Source: the human T2T-CHM13v2.0 reference genome, Homo sapiens. From it: a DNA stretch of 64,000 bases. Position 1 is the stretch's first letter. The number at the start of each line of letters is the position of its first letter. Positions 59,151-64,000 of this stretch are shown here, one piece after another. Both the position numbers and the translations under genes were made by a program. The stretch lies in assembly GCF_009914755.1 (NCBI RefSeq), contig NC_060933.1. One strand, 5' to 3'. Under the pieces are notes generated by a model. That model worked only from the letters and a program-made list of their open reading frames with translations, did not search any database and was not told the origin of the DNA.

Positions 59151-59500
59151 GAGTAGTTCTTTGACATTAGCTTTAATGAAGGTAAACAGCTTCATCTCTG
59201 TGTACCTGAACTTGCTTAATCCTTTGTTTTATTTTTACTTTTTTCTTAGTCAAAAGGGAACATAATTGTTAATAAATCAACATAATTATTAGTAAATCAA
59301 CAAAAAACAGTATTACTTTACTCAGTGAAAATGTAAGTTTAAGCGCACATAATCGTATCAGAGATGCACATATTCAGGTGTGGCTATCTTTGAGTGGTCC
59401 TTCTTGTCCCTTTTCAAGAGTCAAAGGGACATTCTGCATTGGGAATCCTTTTCTCCAGCTGAGTGCGATGATTTTTTTTTTTAGGCACATGAATAGGATT

Positions 59501-59583
59501 ACATGCTCCTTGATTACAGTGGGGTTATGTCGCAGTAAAACCATTATCAAGTCGAACCATCTCATGTCAGGGACCATCTCTGT
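59501..59583. mobile_element. Short Tigger4/MER46-like DNA transposon remnant
   Basis: catgctccttgattac..ggggttatg..aagtcgaaccatc..gggaccatct termini. Confidence 0.6.
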
Positions 59584-59685
59584 AAGAACTGAGAGGCAGA
59601 CCAGGTCTCTCATGACCCCACTGCTCTTTCCTCCTCCCCAGCTGAACCTCCACAGTCCTCTACACTCTTCCAGGAGCAGCAGAAA

Positions 59686-59700
59686 ATGAACATGTCTCAG
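59686..59700 (+). CDS. ZNF658: First coding segment (MNMSQ) of a KRAB zinc-finger protein; exon 59642-59700; KRAB and finger exons lie beyond the window. Could be a non-functional duplicate such as ZNF658B
   Basis: Acceptor ctcctccccag; EPPQSSTLFQEQQKMNMSQ; donor GTGAGT at 59701; MNMSQ matches recalled ZNF658 start. Confidence 0.75.
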
Positions 59701-60644
59701 GTGAGTTAGGTTTTTAAAAACCGGTTTATTTTACAATAGGTTTTGTAAGGGTTTATGTGTCCGTACATTAACATGGAAAAGTAGAAATAGAGATGGATCA
59801 GACACATTCCTAGAAGATGTAGAAATGCAGATGAATAGCAGAGCAAAGTGGCATGTGGATAGATGCAGATCCTCCGATATTACAAATTTACCAAATTAAG
59901 CTTCAGATTTATTTCTGAGGTTATTGACAGTCATGGTGGAGTGTCAGACAGACAATACTTAAAGGTTTACATTGATGAGAAAGATAAAGCCAACTGATTT
60001 ATCATGGAATATAAACATAAAGATAACAAAATGTATTTATTGTTCTTCAAGTAGGTGACTTAGTTAATAAATTGCCAAATAACAGAATATTACTTCCTCA
60101 ATAGAAGTAGAAATTGTAATGCTAAATTTGAACACGTTCAGTACTATTTTTCAAGTACTCCAGTGCAAGGGTTGAATTTAACATTTTTCTGATGAATCAA
60201 CTGAATGTCTTTAAAATCACTCTCCATAAATATTTTGAGTACCCATGATATTCAGGTTGCTCAGCAGATGGTCCAAAATTGTTCTCTTTCAGATATTTCC
60301 ACACTTAGCATTTAACGTCAACTCTCCATGGGATGCCTTGATTTTTTCTTGCCACTTGCCTGGGACCTCCAGTGTCCCTACCCATAGTATAATCAAATCC
60401 AGTGGATGTGGTCTTTTCCTTAACTTGCTTGGCTTTTCCGCAGCACTTGCCTCAATGTCTCACTCTGTCCTGGAACATTTCCGTTAGTGATACTTGCCCC
60501 TCACTGGTCCTTCCCCGGCTGATGTCTTCATGGAGCCACCTTCCTTGTCCTGTCACTCGGCTCAGCCTCAGTTTCTGTCCTTGGCTCTTTAGTCTTCTCT
60601 GTTGTCTCCAAATGATTTTGTCTTCCCTTGTTTTTTTCTTTTTT

Positions 60645-61183
60645 TAAAACTGCTTTTTTTGAGATTCAATTCATGTATCTTACCATGTACCCATTTAAAG
60701 TGTAGAATTCAGTGATTTTTTTAGTACATTCTCAGATAATGTACTAATATCACTGCAGTCAATTTTAGAACATTTTTATTCCCTTAGAAAGAAGCTGTGT
60801 ACACTGTAACTACCACTTGATTCCCTCTGAGCCCCAAACAACCACTAACCTACTCCTCTATCTCCATAGTTTTGCTGAACCATTCCCTTTATTATTTCTT
60901 ATAGGCAGTCTTGCCTGTGATGAATTATCTCAGGTTTTGTTTACCTGGGAAAATTCCAGTTTCTCTATTTTTCCTGGATATAGAGGTTATTGGTTGACAG
61001 TCTTTGTTTCAGCACTTTGAATATGTCATCCCATTGCCCTCTGTCCTCCATAGTTTCTCATTATAAATCAGCCTGTAATATGATGACTTGTTTCTCTGTT
61101 ACAGCTTTCCGATTGTCTGTCTTTTTAACACTCTGATTCTCATGTCCAGGTGTGGATTTCTCTTTTCTTTTCTCTTTTTCTTT

Positions 61184-61216
<33 letters not shown>

Positions 61217-63090
61217 AGACAGTCTCTCGCTCTGTCACCCAGGCTGGAGTGCAGTGGCATGATCTCGGCTCACTGTAACCTCCACCTTCCGGGTTCAAGC
61301 AATCCTTGTGCCTCAGCCTCCTAAGTAGCTGGGATTCCAGACATTCACCACCATGTCTGGCTAATTTTAGTATTTTTAGTAGAGATGGGGTTTTACCATG
61401 TTGGCCAGGCTGGTCTTGAACTCTTGGCCTCAAGTGATCTGCCTACCTCCTAAAGTGTTGAGATTACAGGTGTGAGCCACTGCTCCCAGCGAGTGTGGAT
61501 TTCTTTCTCCAAGTTTATCCTACTTAAAGTTTGTGAAGCATTTTGGGCATGTAGATTTATCATTTATTTCAGATTTGTGGGGTTTTTTGGCCATTACTAC
61601 TTCTGATATTGTTTTAGACCCTTTCTGTCTCTATTCTGTTAGTCTATTTGGCATATGTTGATAAGCTTGATGCTGTCCAACTGTTCATTTCTTGTTATTT
61701 TTCCTTCTGTTTCTCACTGCATAATCTCAGTGGGCATGTTGTCCAGTTGCTTCATTCTACCCGTTCAGACCTGCTGTTGAACAGGTGTTTTTGGTAAAAT
61801 ATTTGTTTTAGTTTTGTACTTTCCAACTTTAGAGTTTCTATTTGGTCCCTTTTTATAGTTTCTGTTTATTTATATCCTTTATCTGGTGAGATATTATTCT
61901 AATACTTTCCTTTGGTCCTTACATATCATTTCCTCTAAGTCTTTGACCATATGTAACATAGTTGATTTAAAGTCATCGTCTGTTTAAGTCCAATGCCTGC
62001 TTCCTCGTGAGTAGTTTCTATTGATTGTACTTTTTTCCTGCATATGGGTCTTACTTGTTGTTTCTTTTCTTGTTTTGCATTTTTTGTTGAAAACTATACA
62101 TTTTAAATAAGGTGGCAACTCTAGAAAACTTTCTTGATTTGCAGGAGTTGTTGTTGAAATTTGTCTAGTGACTTTTTAATTGATTCAGTAGAGCCTGTGT
62201 TTATTGTCATGTGTGGCCGCAGAAGTCTGCAGAAATTTTCTTAAATGCCTGAAACCTTAAGTAAGGCTCTCAGTCTTTGCCAAAGAGCCTCATGAGTGCT
62301 GGGGCATTCCTTCAACAGACATCCAGGAAATTTATAACCCCATGTTAACCTTCACTTCCTTCACTTCCAGTTCACCCCAAACCTTAGGGTCACCCAGGGT
62401 GACAGTTTAGGGCCTTCTCACATCTTTCCAGAGCATAATCACAGCCCTGGGCATATGCTCAGCTCTATGCATGTAGGTGACCTAGAGTCTCTAGAATCTA
62501 TAGGAGCTTTTCAAAAGCTTTATGAACATCCCATTCTCCAGTTTTTCCTTTCTAAAAAGCTTTTCAATTAGGCTGTTATTTATGTCAGGTGTTATCCACC
62601 GCCTCAGTTAGCTGCTGAGTTAAACAATTGCCTTTGAATGTTTTTGGCAAATGCCTTCAAGAATAAGGCTTTTCACACTGGGGAACTCTGACTTAATTCA
62701 ATCAGCCTTTCAAGTCAGCTCTTCCAGGGAACCACAGATTAGGTCAGATAATGAGGATTTTCTGGGAGTGAGGCTTTGGCCAACCTGTGACCCAGTCTGC
62801 CTCATCCAGTGGATACCAGGCCGCTGGATTCTCCTGTTGTTTCAGATGTTTCTCAAAGCTAATGCTGAGTGGGAGTGAGAGGGATGGATATAGGGCAGGT
62901 TGAAATGACACAAGATCATTGTTCTTACTGTGATGCAGCTGTTTTTCTCATATCAATGTTCCGCAGATTGCTGTAAGCCTTTGGTAGCTTCTAGAGTTCT
63001 GAAAAAGTTGATTCTGCAGTTTTTGCCGGTTTCTCATTGCTTTTATGGAAGAAGGAATTTTCTTGGATCTTCAGTATCTTCACCGTCATC
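60645..63090 (-). mobile_element. Old L1M fragments with Alu 61165-61490 (-)
   Basis: L1MC/MB 3' end and 5' region motifs. Confidence 0.75.
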
Positions 63091-63529
63091 ACTTGCTAAT
63101 TTGAATTTGAAGTCTTCTTGTTGTGGAAACTTTCTCTTTTCTCAATTTCTAAGACTCTGCCCCCTCCTGATTCTGTTATTATTTTTTGGAAAACATCTCT
63201 GGCTTTGTGGCCTGTACTTTTTCTGCTTTGTGGTTCCTCAGGTGTTGTTTTTGGTTCTTTTCTTTCTTCAATCCCTGTGTGCTCAAGGAGCTGTCTGTCT
63301 CTGCTAATTTTACTCACCACCTAAATTGCTAGTAACTCCTAAATGCTTATCTTCATCCCCATCTTACCTTCTGTGCTCTAAAATCATATGTATCCTGGTT
63401 GAACGAACAGTTCTAGCTACGTATCAACATGAACAGAACTCTCACTGAATCTTCTAACACGTTTTCTTCTTTCCCAGATACCAGTTTTGGCACCACCAAG
63501 CAGTTGCTTATTTTGAAATATACATTACT

Positions 63530-63745
63530 TTATTTTTCATTCTAGTCATCATCCTGTGCAATAGCTCAAAAACTATTCCTCTTATGTAACTGAAACTCTG
63601 TGCCCTTGGACCAATGCTTCCCCATTCCTCACCCCTCACCCCCAGCCTCTGGTAACCACCATTCTACTGTCTACATCTATGAGTTTGAACTTTTTAGGTT
63701 CCACATATAAGTGACTATAATTTGAAATATTTGTCTTTCTGTCAA
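63530..63745 (-). mobile_element. L1MA/MB 3' fragment
   Basis: cccagcctctggtaaccaccattctactgtctacatctatgagttt. Confidence 0.75.
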
Positions 63746-64000
63746 TTAAAAACAAAATTTTTTTAAAAGGAGCTTCTCATACAGCTAGATTGAGTAGCTG
63801 TACAAGAAAGTATTGTATTAAATGGGTGTTGCTTCTCTTCTGTGATTATATCCCTATTCTTACATCCATTGCTGTGACCTCAGTGTAGGAAGTGTTCTTT
63901 TGTGCCAGTCTCTTTGGTTACAACTATTATAGCTGTTCTCTGCTCTTCACCTGCTCTACCCTATATAAAGTTTGGTCAGGGTATCTCCAGACTTCACATA

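Overview
Primate (almost certainly human) genomic DNA, dominated by Alu, L1, LTR, MIR and L2 repeats. The only live gene evidence is the 5' end of a KRAB zinc-finger gene on + (CpG-island promoter ~56.6-57.2 kb, non-coding exon 1, exon 2 encoding MNMSQ). It best matches ZNF658 or one of its segmental-duplication copies (chr9 pericentromeric region, from recall). A SKP1 processed pseudogene lies at ~35.3-36.05 kb (-). Manual translation of the non-repeat islands reveals several decayed genes the ORF track misses. (1) A multi-exon fossil LRRC37-family gene on - (~15.9-33.9 kb), running from signal peptide through Cys cap, LRR-like exons, LRRC37 C-terminal domain, TM segment and tail to a stop and AATAAA, with mostly compatible splice phases. 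(2) A ZNF782-like KRAB-ZNF pseudogene (KRAB-B and linker exons, ~43.5-46.5 kb). (3) A dead ZNF510-type N-terminal exon inside the ZNF658 first intron. (4) More tentatively, a ZP-N-domain-like fossil at 0.6-4.1 kb and a small secreted-protein fossil at 9.2-14.1 kb. All protein comparisons are to sequences recalled from memory, not database searches. Repeat boundaries and subfamilies are approximate.
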